DNA from: Amphiscolops sp. MND2022
Taxonomy: Eukaryota
NCBI GenBank assembly: GCA_964187785.1
Contig: OZ076413.1
Span: 44,642,001-44,702,000, forward strand
Direction: 5' to 3'
DNA: 60,000 bases
Shown here: piece after piece, positions 1 through 11,800 of the stretch
How the letters are laid out: each line of letters opens with the position of its first letter
Position numbering within the stretch: position 1 is the first letter of the stretch
The notes under the pieces: model-generated
Told to the model about the DNA's origin: nothing
What the model saw: the letters and a program-made list of their open reading frames with translations, nothing else
The model's database searches: none
Translations under genes and position numbers: made by a program

Positions 1-170
1 AAAGAATAAAAATTGAAACGTTTACTGTGGAAAAATTATTAGTGACTGTGAATAATAAATGATTCAGTTTGAGTTGGTCTGAATTTGGTTCTTTAATATC
101 CAGGGCAGAAACTCGAAGAGCTAATTATGCTCGTTTTCTGTCCTGCTTGAACGTTTTTTTCCTTAATTTT

Positions 171-671
171 TAGTCGGCGCTTTTATTAATAAAAGAGCCC
201 GACTATTACAGTCACTCGTTTTTTTTCTTTAAGACAGACTCGAAGCGACGAACGTTATCGTTCAGTACTCTTCAACTAAAGGAAACTAAACGAAGACCCC
301 GGAAACGCATCTAAGTTATGCCAAAGGGTCCCCCCTTTGGTTTTTTACTTTTTATTTACTTTTTCAAGGAAACCCACACAACCGGACGTGCCTAAAGGGT
401 CCCCCCTTTGGATTCTTTTGGACCCTGTGCGACTTTTTCTTCGAAAATCTTTTAATGTCCTCAAAGGGTCCCCCTTCGAGGTTTTTGATATTTTGCAACG
501 GAATGTATGTTAATAAATCCAGAAGGGTCCCCCTTTTTACATTTTTCGGCACTATGCGACTTTTTTTGAAAGAAAAAATTTTTTCAAAAATTTCAAGTTT
601 TTTTCCAAAAAATTGTTTTGCACTTTTTGAGCCTTAGATATGGCGCCGACTTTAGACGTTCTCGTCTTGTT
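171..671 (+). mobile_element. Helentron/DINE-1-like non-autonomous element, copy A
   Basis: 5' TAGTCGGCGC with a nearby partial inverted copy (GCCCGACTA), internal AAGGGTCCCC repeats, 3' TTGAGCCTTAGATATGGCGCCGACT subterminal inverted repeat, hairpin AGACG-TTCT-CGTCT and T-rich flanks. Confidence 0.75.
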
Positions 672-1877
672 TGATAATTATGTTGTTTTATGTATGCCTT
701 CAAGAAAACTACAATTTTCAATATTTCAATAACAGTATCAAGTCTGCAGAATTTTCAAGTTTTTCAAAAAAGGTTTCGTTCTCTAACTCTGACTGTAAAT
801 TACCCTTTGTTTTGTTTCATTTAGCCTTTTATCGTTCATGAAGAAATGTCTCAAAGAGTTGTTGCGCTTTTTGGTAGAATAGTCGAACTCATAGAAAAAT
901 TTTTGACGCTGTATTCATTCATGCAAAGTTTCTTTTTAAATACAAAACAAGAAAAATTCCACGAGACAGTATGAAACTACTTTGCAAGATTATAACGCAG
1001 CTTCCTCTATCTCGTGATGGTGTTATGTACCATTTACGCAACCTCTGTTCACAAAAATCCTGAATTTTATTCAGCGCATTTTCGCCAGAATTATGCCGAG
1101 CATCTCAGTGGAGCTAAATTGAGTTTAGTAAAAATTACTTGAAGTAAGCAACAGTGATTTTTCAATGTAGTTTGGAATAGCCAATACGGGTACAATTGTT
1201 GTGGACTTTGTTAGAGCAATTGAGAATTAAATTTTGCCTTTATTCTTTTGATCGCTTCCAGTAAAATTCTTTATTTTGTACGAACTGTTGATTGAGTCAG
1301 GTGCTAATCTTTATCAAGTTCGTCGGAAAAAAAGTTCTCTGTCAGAGAAAACGATAGCAGAACTTCTCGAAGATATTTTTGTTGCCAATTGTGCGTAGAC
1401 TATATTGAAAACTTAACGACCTCCCAATATACTTCTTGAGTAATCCATCTAAACACGTTTTTACTCTCCAAAGAAGTTTTAGCAATTGTGGACAGGTACT
1501 TTAAAACAATGCTAATGTTTGATTTTCCAAAAAGAAGTATAAATTTTACTGGAAACATACAAGTTTCTAGATCAAGGCTTTGTGGCTTGATTGAGGGAGA
1601 TAAGACATTTATCTTTGAACGAAGAAAAATACCATTGAATGATAATTATTTTGCATGCACTCCATTGAAAGTAATGAAAAAGTGGTACACAATGAGCTAT
1701 TGATTAATACATTGTCATAAATTGCTTTCTATAAATGTTTTCAAATAACTGCTCTGAATGTTAGCTATATAATCAAATTGGAGAACAATACGGCTCAAAA
1801 AAGTAGGATTTGCCGAAATTCTTCAGAAATTTTTGTCCTTGCTTGAATGGGGCACAAAAGAGAAAAGTTTGTAGAAA

Positions 1878-4800
1878 ATGGAAACCCAAAATGGGAGAAC
1901 CCCATTTGTTTCAGAATCGATAATCCAAAGTATAGCCAAACACAAAGATTTGCTCATACCTGTGATTGTAATGACCATCTACCTATTCATTGGAGCGTTG
2001 ATCTTTTCGAGCATCGAAATGGACAGAGAGAAAAGCGAAAAGAAGGCGCTGAGAGATGAGCTTCAAAATCGGATAGTTTCAATAGCCCAGAACATTATAT
2101 CAAAAGCGCTGAACCCTAACTGCGAAGGAAGTATTTCTGTGAAACGAGAATGCCTCAAACAAAATGTTGACAAGGACGAAGTCGCAGAGGAAATTATTCT
2201 AATGGTTAGAAAAAGTGGTTTTCATGAAAGGATTGAAAAAGTTTCTGCTGAAATCTGGGCAATAACTCAACGAAAATTTCATATTAGTCAAACCATTCCA
2301 GCCTGAATATTTTAAGGAACCATTGGTTCGAATGTTCAACCAACTATATTTTAAGGAAATTGAGAATAACGGATAACAGACAGAAGAAGTAATTAGTTTT
2401 TTGGTTTTAGAAAAAATATATATATGAGGATATCGCATTTTGTCTTTAGGTAAATGATTTGCTGGGACGTCTAGGCGTGACCAGTTTCAAGGTGAACTCG
2501 ACGGATGATGAAATCATAGTGGATTGGGACATCCCTGGAGCGCTCTACTTTTGCTTGACAACAGTCACTACTGTAGGTTAGTTAGCGCTAGGTACACTTT
2601 CAGGTACCACTGTTTCCTTTCACAGTTTTGACAATGGTAGTTAAACCAAGAATGAGAAACTCATCGTACAAGTCCAATGTTCGAAGCCATGGAATGCTTG
2701 CCATGATCATGGTTAATCTTGATAAATCATGATTAACCATGGTACCCTTATCAAGATCATGGCAAATCATGATACATGGAACGCTTGTCAAGATCACGGC
2801 AAGATCATGGCAAGATCTTGACAAGATAACCATGGTTTGTCATGGTTCTTACCAAGGATATCATGTCAAAAATTCGATTGAACCATTTTCAGTTATTGAA
2901 AGTGTCCCTAAATGGAAGGACCGGAATAAAAAAACAGGAATAACGTCTAAAGCGGCGAGCGGAAATAACGTCTAAGGAATAACATCTAAATGCAAAACGG
3001 GATAAACTTCTCAGGAATAAAATCTAAATGCAAAACGGGAATAACGTCTAAAGCGGCCAGCGGGACCATTTTCAGTTATTGACCCGACTAGTTGGTGACC
3101 GATGTCCCAACTAGTTAGAAGAGAAGTTGTGGGGACGGAGGAATAACATCTAACGCCTAAGATCTAACGTAATAATATACTTCTCAACAGTAAGGGGTAA
3201 TGAAATAAAAGGTCAATGAACCTTTGGAGCCTCATATATTAGCATTTCTTTGGTTTTCACTGAATAAAATAGGAAGAAGAGCATGAAAAAATTTAGGTTA
3301 TGGCAATTTCACTCCTACAACAGACGGGTCCAGAATCTTGACTGTGTTCTACGCACTTATCGGTATCCCTGGATTTCTCTATCTATGCGCCCAAGTCAGC
3401 ACTTACTCTCAAGCCATGTTCTCAAAACTGCACAAAGGGTGCAAAGCTGATGAATCTGCCCTCAGAAGTGAGTCTTGATATTCAACAATAGCCAGATTAG
3501 TTTGATATGCATTTTCTACAACGTTGTATGCTGCTAGTTTTTCTTCTTTTTAGTCGGCGCATTTTAGTAGAAAATGAGCCCGACTATTACAGTGGGCAGT
3601 TTTTTTAGACGCGTAAGGTCCACTTTTTTGTTCATTTGTTCAACAACGTCAAACCTCAACAACTTCAAAACTCAACAACTGCAAACTCAGAAGAAAAAAC
3701 AAAACAGACGTCCAGAGCCTCGAAAACACACTAAGGATCCCCCCATAGCCCCACTTTTTTTCGGCACTATGAGACTTTTTGAAACTTTTTGGATTGCACC
3801 AAAGGGTCCCCCTTCATTTGTTTCGATATTTTGCAACACAATGGATGTCAAAAAATCGCAAAGGGTCCCCTTTTACATTTTTCGGCACTGTGACACTGTT
3901 CAAAAATCTCATTTTAAAAATTTTTTTGGGAAATTTTTTCATGTCCCCAAAGGGTCCCCAATTTTTTTTCATTTTTTTGCAACCAGCTGGAGTTTCACAA
4001 AGCCCGAAGGGTCCCCCTTTTCAATTTTGAGCCTTAGATATGACGCCGACTTTGGCCGTTCTCGGCTTGTTCATTCATCAGCTGACAAATTGTATCTAAA
4101 AAGTCCACTTTTTCAATAAACGTTGTTCACGCTGCTCGCTTGACTTGCCTTTTTGTCTTAAGCGGGATGTCGGCTTTAGACATTCCCATCTTGTTAAAAA
4201 ATGCAATTTCAACCTCTACAATTCTGACTCTCGGTAATTTCAATTAATTAATTTTTGGTTCAAATGATCGATCTAATGACCTAACTCAAAGCCAATCATG
4301 AGTGACGTAGTAATTCAGCAAAAAAGAGGCAATGTATGGTATCTTGATAGACAAGGAACTTAGAGAAAGATAACATCTCATTGGAGCAGCAAACGTTTAA
4401 CGCAGATCAAAAAACGCTGAAACGCTACTGAAAGAAAAAGAGTTTTACAACTAACTTGAAAAATAGTACTCGGCCGAGTTTTTTGTACATGTCTCAACTC
4501 CGAAAAACATTCAGAAAGGGTCCTTTTATAAATCAAAAAGTCCGACCGGTTTCAGAAACAATCAGATATTTACAACGTGAAGCAAGCAAAAGCAAAGTTT
4601 TCCTGGAAAAGTTCCAAACTTGAAAAAAGTTGAGTTCTAATAAAAAATGTCTACAAAACTTCATTAGGTTTTGAAAGTAACATTCTAAAACCAAACATAA
4701 AAAATTTCTGAAATTGCAACAAGAATTCATCTCGCCGTGCAACCCTTGCGTGTAGTACAAAGGAGCAACAGAAACGTTGAGCAAGCAACAAAAAACAAAA

Positions 4801-5168
4801 AGGGTTCTGTTTCAGAGAAACTTTACTATCTCTACTGCGTGGGAATTCTGACGTCATTGCTGTTGTTATACCCTCTTCTGGTGGCTGTTGTTCTACAGAA
4901 ACTTGAGTTCATAACGGCAGTCTACTTCACAGTGATCTCTCTCACTACTGTGGGGTACGGGGACATTTACCCCATAGACCCAGCGGAGTATAGTAACTCA
5001 ACCCTTTTCAGAGTACTTTACTGCTTCGTTTTATTGACTTACTCGACAATTGCGTTATCTCTTTTCGCCAATTTCATCTCTTTCATGCAAACTTGGATCG
5101 GGAAAGCCACGAAAGCTGACGATAAAGTCGCAAGTATTTCATCCGATCAAATAGTTGAAAACAAATAA
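1878..5168 (+). CDS. Two-pore-domain potassium channel (K2P/KCNK family), 4 exons, ~325 aa
   Basis: Exons 1878-2204, 2450-2576, 3297-3467 and 4816-5168 have GT-AG junctions and join in phase (978 nt). M1 is LLIPVIVMTIYLFIGALIFSSIE, followed by the cap. P1 is WDIPGALYFCLTTVTTVGYGNFTP (split across intron 2), M2 contains YALIGIP, P2 is AVYFTVISLTTVGYGDIYP, then M4. Confidence 0.92.
2685..2866. repeat. CATG/GATC-rich short-period interspersed repeat
   Basis: CATGATCATGG and CAAGATCATGG units. Related tracts lie at ~19690-19850, 20750-21010 and 26530-26600. Confidence 0.6.
2882..3082. repeat. GGAATAACGTCTAAA minisatellite bounded by 18-bp direct repeats
   Basis: ACCATTTTCAGTTATTGA at 2882-2899 and 3065-3082. 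Confidence 0.8.
3551..4071 (+). mobile_element. Helentron/DINE-1-like element, copy B (K2P intron 3)
   Basis: Same termini and AAGGGTCCCC units; 3' hairpin GCCG-TTCT-CGGC. Confidence 0.75.
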
Positions 5169-5855
5169 ATAGTCTTTGTATTATTGTAATGTAGTATTGT
5201 GTAAACAAAGAAGAAAAATTTTGGGTATTTCTTCAAACACTTTTTGAAAGTCGTGGAGTTCACGGCCAGAATCTTGGAATCTTTCCAATTAATTCCCCCA
5301 ACAGTAAGAGCGGAAAATTTAATCCCTCCCGATATGAGTGATGAGTTTCAGTTGGAGGTAGAGTTATAGAATACTGCAATTTGATCGGTTGTTACTATTT
5401 GTTCAATGATACACTTGACCGCTTCTCTGGTAAGAAATTAAATCGGTGGGGGAATTATCAAAAAACATCTGAATCTTGCAAAGATTCTCATCAAGAAGGG
5501 CTTCAAAAGATTCATGTCAAGAGTTCCCAGAGTTTTGCATTGGGTGAAAAACTTGAAAAATCGTGAATTGCGTTCTTGAAATCATGTTTCGATAGTTTTC
5601 TAGTATTTTGCTTGAGACTTACGCAACCAAGTTAATCAATACAGTACGTCATGTAAGTCATGGAGAAGGTAAACATGGATAACTGGAGGTGGTGCAGCAA
5701 GCCGACTCGCCATTTAATCGACGCGTCAACAGTCCGACAGTAGATATAACAGCTAGTGAAAATAACTGCAGAATCCATTCAAGTTTGAATTCATTTTTTG
5801 CAAGTTGGAATGAACACTTTTGTACCAACCAGACAATTCGTGTGGGCTTCTTGAG

Positions 5856-8800
5856 TCAATTTTTAATGATCGGTTTTATGCCTTGTCGGCTTGCTGCGCG
5901 CGTCCGAAAAACTAACTGTACCTGAAGCGTGAGTGACATGTCGTTTCTCATCTGGCGGAATTCTTGTTCACACATTAGCACTCTCAAAGTGTGATCGAAC
6001 GAATTTGTTTTCTGTTCACATAACTGGTTCACTAAGTTGAAAATGTCTTCCAATCTAAAAGGCATTGTTTCAATTACTACATACATAGAGGTTCTTTGAT
6101 TGGTAAATATTCAGACGGCGATTTTAGGCTCAATTTTATCAAAATTGGTGGGAAATTTTGAGAGAACATCAGAAAGAAATTATTTGTTTACATTGGAATG
6201 TATTTTCTAAACTTTCGAAAGTGAAAAAAAATGTAAACGATACAAAAAGGTGATTTTGAACAAAATTGGGACTTTTTGCCGTTTTTCCAATTTTGTCTGT
6301 TTTACCTACAGCTTTCATGACAAACATTGTGCTCGATTAACTCTCCCAAATCTACTAAAGACAGGTATACTTTGATTTCAGAAATGATCAACCATTTTTT
6401 AAATACCAGGCTGGAACTGTAAAATTTCCTTGATCTACATGTATTAAGACAGGAAATTGAGTTTTCGCGGTGAAAATTTGCAGTTATATTTCATTTCAAA
6501 TATTTGTTACAAAAAATGTACAACTGGATTTTGGACAATCTGTAGAATTCAATTAATTTATATTTTGGAGAGAAATTTCAAAAATCTGCTCAAAACTGGG
6601 AAAATAACTGGTGTTCTTTCTGCGCCTTAGATTTTGCAATTAAAATTCTTCATTTGCTCTCATTTTCAATTTTGATTGGTACATAAAGTGAATTGTATTT
6701 CAATTTAGAAAATTTTACTTTTTAGCCCGATATTTCGAAAACGGTTGATCATTTTCGGAATTAAATATATCCATGGCATCAGTAGATTTGGGGGAGTTAA
6801 TCGAGTATACAACTTGCCATAAACTGTAAGTAAAACGTTGAAAAGTTGGAAAAACGGCCAAAACCTTTGCTCAAAATCAGCTATTTGTAACTTTCTCAGT
6901 TTTTGTCGCAGAAATTTTTCAAAAAAAAACACTAATGTAAACTACAGTGGTGCGAAGAAAGAATGCGACTTAGTTGCTCAGAATGCAAAGAATTCTCTAA
7001 TCTGATTGGTTCACAACGCCTCGCTGCTCAAATATCATTGGTTTAATGAGCCTCAATCACTCGCAAAAATCAGTATTTTTATTATTTCACCGTTTTTCGG
7101 GGATAATTTTTACATGAAAATTATACCAGAAAATTTCTCTGATTTTTCTCAATCCCATGATAGTTTTTGTTTGTGGAAATCACCAAGAAAACGAAAATGG
7201 GAGCACTTTTTCGTTCAGTAAAATTGGAAATACATGTATTAAGATAGGAATTTGAGACTTACACTTGGTAAAACTCCCACCAATATACATTTTTTAAATA
7301 TATCCAAAATCAAATTTCATCTTCGTTTTCGAGAGATTTGAGTGTATCTGCAAGGCAAAATTTATCAAAAAAGATTCATTGGATCACTGATATTTTCTCA
7401 AAAATTAGCAATTTTAATTATTTTCCTCCCAAAATCACATGTTTCTAACTTCGGAACCAATGATGGTTGAAATTTCAAACAAAAACCATTGTATTCATCG
7501 CAAAAATTCAAGAAACTTTTGTTTTTGCAAAATTGAACCATTTCGAATAGTTTTGGAGATATGAGACTGCAAAATTAGCCTTTTTGAGCAGCTAAGTCGC
7601 ATTCTTTCTTCACACCACTGTAGATGAAACTTTGAGAAACTTTTACTTCTAATGTTTTTCAAATTTCTTCTACCTATTTCGAGAAAATCGAGCAGAATAT
7701 CGCCCGGGGTATTATTACTTGATCTTAGAACTCTATATTTGTCTTTTCATTCAAATGTGACGCAAAATTTTAAACATCCCCATCCAACCTATAGTGCAAG
7801 AAAGTACGAAGTGATGTTCAAATGTTAATTTCTTCATTCGAAAACTGATTTTCCAATAGGAGTTCACTAGGGTTTTTGTGTAGACAACGGGAATAAGGAA
7901 ATTAACCGGCGACGTTAAGAAGTACAATTTTGCAATTATACAGCGTTAAATGATATGGCTTTACCTTTGCATTGCATCGATGGCTCTGCTACTGTCGGAA
8001 GCGAGAGGCATCAGCAATGTAGGGGGAATTCCGCAGGGTTCTTTGTCTCTTTCGAAAGATACTAGCCAATCATGACTCGACTGTATTCTCATGAGCCAGC
8101 CACGTTGTTGCGCTTGCAAATTTGTGCTCTGAGAAAAAAACTGATTGATTAAGACAAATTTTGTATCAAGTGTCAATAAAAACACGTAAATTGTAAATTT
8201 TATCCAGCCAATTCTCTACTAATCTTCAAATTTATCAGCTTGAGTCACTAAACTCGCATCGGATTATTGGATCAACAAACATATATGAGTTTATTAGAAA
8301 GACAAGCCAAGGGTTTTTTTTCAGAAACCCTCAAAGTCTGCGCCTGCTTAAAGCCTTTTTGATTTGATTTGAGTTGTCGCCTGATATGAGTTGTCGCTTG
8401 CCATGAGTTGTCGCTACGCCGGACAGTTTTCTGTCTTAAACAAAAAATATGCTTAATTACTCAGGTCATCAAGAGAGTCGGGTGTTTTTTGGATGCTTTC
8501 TGGAAGTTAGACCAAAGTTAGTTGAAATCTGTAATAAGTAGAATTTTCAGTGTGAGGTCTGTCATTTGATTTAAAAAAAACAAGCCAGTGTAAGAACCGG
8601 ACCAAAGTTCACCTCAAACTCCGGAAGAGGAGGTAAAGAATGCATCAATTGGACGGTTTGCTCGGTTTCAGACATATCAATGGGCACATTGCTGTCCCTC
8701 AGTTCGAGGGGTGGAACCGACTCGGATCTCTTGGATATCTCCACGAGCGTCTCAGCATTGGCTTCTATTTGGTATCGTATCTCTTCCAGGGCAGCCGAGA

Positions 8801-11800
8801 TCTGCTGCACTTGAACTAGATCAGTGACGTCAACCGGGATAGATTCAAGGGTCTGCAGTTTGAACTTAAGCCAGTTTGTGTTTTGGGATACTTCTGTGTG
8901 GAACTAAACAAAGACTATTTTAGTAAACAGAATGTTAGCTGGTAAGTTTCTGATGATCAAGTCGAAATGGGTCACAAACTTTAACAAAAAACAACTTTGG
9001 GACTCAATCAATGTTTTTTTTTCGGAAATTTAATTCCTCGGAACAATTAGATTCAAGAAAGAGTGAAAAGAATCGAACTAACTATACCAAGCCGAGAACG
9101 GCATAAGTCGGTGCACCCTGTAAGGCTCAAAAAGCAAGTACTTCAAAGCGTCAAGGAACCGTTTTTGAAAAAACTCACAATCTCATAAAGCCTAAAACCC
9201 CAAGGACCCTTTGGGCTTAAAAACGCTTTATCCTATTCAAAGAGATCAAAAAACCAAGTAGGCGAAAAGCACCCAACTAGGACGTAAAAGAAGCAAAGAA
9301 ACGCTCATCTAGTCTACGCCCTTTGAAGTCGAGTTGAAAGCAATGAGTTAGAATCAAATGAGGAAAATGACGCTTAAAGGGGTTTATATGTATCAGTTGT
9401 AGAACAGTTCTAAGAGTTGTTTGTTGTCAATAATGTAAAGTGATATGATTTTTGTTATAAGTTGTTTTATTTGCCGAGGAGACATTTTCCACTGGAGACA
9501 ATTAAAAATGGATCTTGTTCCTTTTTCACTCTGGCAGAGTGAGAAAAAAAAACAAGATTCATTTTTAATAACCACCTGTTAGCTTTTCCATGACAATTGG
9601 TCAAGGACTTTCTTTTAGTAACAGTTCTACTATATGCAGTGGTACACAGGTTTTTTTGGTCACATTGTTTGAAAAATTGGGATCGGGGTCTTCATTTGGT
9701 TGCAAAAGAGTACGAGATGATTCCCACGTCAGTTGACGAAATAAATTCTTCTGGTATATCTACCATAAAAAGTTCGAAAACAGTCAAAATATTGTTGTCG
9801 ACAAACACACTTTCCAAAGATTTGAATCTGTATTGGAAAAAATGCCCGAAGGATTCTCCCTCTCACGGGTTCTTTTTTAGTGATACTTGTCTTGTAAGCG
9901 GTACCGTATAACAGAAGTCCATATGTTATAATTGATTTTACAAACGAATTGTAGAGCATTAAAAGATATTTTCTCGGGTACAATTGTCTTCTATGTATCA
10001 AACCACAAAATTTGTTCCGTTTTTTAACCACATGATCAATATGTTCTCTGAATCTCAAATTTTCTTCTATGTGGACACCTTCATACTTACATGAATTTTG
10101 GTACTCAAGCTCTTTTGCCGAAGTGAAAATACGAATGAGAAGGCACTTCCGATCAATTTGCCAATTTATAGAATTTTTTGTAGCATTTTTAGGATTTCGG
10201 CATTTGTCGCGAAATGTTCACTTCGATAGGATTGAAAAAAATACACGACAAAAAGTTACTATAATAGTGTTTTAATTCATGAAGCGCCGACTAAACACGA
10301 GTAATAGGGGCTCTGTATATCAAAATCAAGCCGTGTCAAAGTTTTCACAAAGTTTTGAAGCTGGCTAGTTTGATTTTAAAAAAAATTTCTGAATTCGCAA
10401 TTCACCTAAAAAGGTTGTTCCATGAAAGTATTTTCCAACCTGCTGGTACTGTTTTAAGAGTTGCTTCTGTTCCATAAGAGCACCGAGGAACCCCTTCAGC
10501 CAGTCCCAGTGGATCCCCAAGTTGTGCATAAGTGCTGTGATTGCGGAAGAATTCAAGGGGTTCTCCAGTTTCAAAAGTTCCTCCCCTTGATGGAAAATCG
10601 CCTGGATGTGTGTTAGTTCTCGTTTTTCAATCTCTGACATCTTTTTCTAAACCAAACATTAACTCATTAGTAAAATTAAAACGAGACAAAAACTGTTTCG
10701 GAAACTTTCACCCGAGCCTGAAATACCGAACCTGAATGCCGAAGATGGTAGATTGTTGCTTCTCATGGAGTGTTTACAGAAAGCGAAGTTCAATTTGACA
10801 TATCTTGAAACTGTTTCAAATACTCCATATTAAAAACGATATCTACCCTTTTTTGTCATTAAATGAGATTAGCATCTTTTAATCGTTATTAACTGTAAGG
10901 TGGGAAAAAAGCGATACATAGAAAAATTTTCTCGAACAAAGTCTTTGATAAGTCGCTTGGAACCAAAAACCCATAACGGGCACTCTATGCTCGCAAAACG
11001 CTTTATTTTGGTTAAGTATTGAAAAAGGTTCGCTGGAAAAAAATTAGGAAAAACGTCGCATATTGCGAAATAAAGACCGAAAAGTTTTCCTCTCATTTTA
11101 GCAGCACAAAAACTTGGTTTACTGTGGAAGCCAGACCCACGTACTCTTGCTTCGCAGGCAGGCCTTGTCACCAGGCCTGGAAATTCGCGCTAACCACTAG
11201 GCTGAAAGGCGGGACTTCTTCCATTGAAAATTTATGAGTTCGATACACAATTTATAGAACTGAGCGCTTCAGCGTGACTGAAGAAAATGAACTTGCCGCG
11301 GTAATAGTCAGCTCTTTTTATTAATTTATAATATAAAAAAAATTAATAAAGAGCTGACTATTATAGCGGAACTATATTTTCTTTAGTCACGCTGAAGCGC
11401 TCACTTCTATAATTTGTGTTTCAAAATCATAAATTTTCAATTGAAGACATAGATCTCGGTTACTAGCCCACTAAAGATACACACATTGTTACTAGAAACG
11501 TTCTTATAAGAAGCCTCGACAAAAAATGACAGGTCGTATAAAACGGTAACTCATTAATTTAAAGGCGCGAGAACTCAAATCGAATTCGTCAATACCCTAA
11601 TTGAACCTGCCGCAAAGTTTTTCATGTTGCATCCATGCATGCATTCTAAATTTTTGATAAACATAGAAAATACTGAAAGCACTCATGGAGAAATTTTGCG
11701 GGATTCCACTATTTCAAATAAAACTGATAACAATTCCACTCATTCACCGCCTCGATCACTTTGTTTTCACGCGTAAGTCTCTCGAGTGAGTACCTTATGT

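Noticed and set aside
3574..4119. 181-aa ORF and similar Phe/Lys/PKGPP-rich ORFs (364-637, 17931-18547, 49887-50250)
   Set aside because: They are chance translations of the AAGGGTCCCC repeat element.
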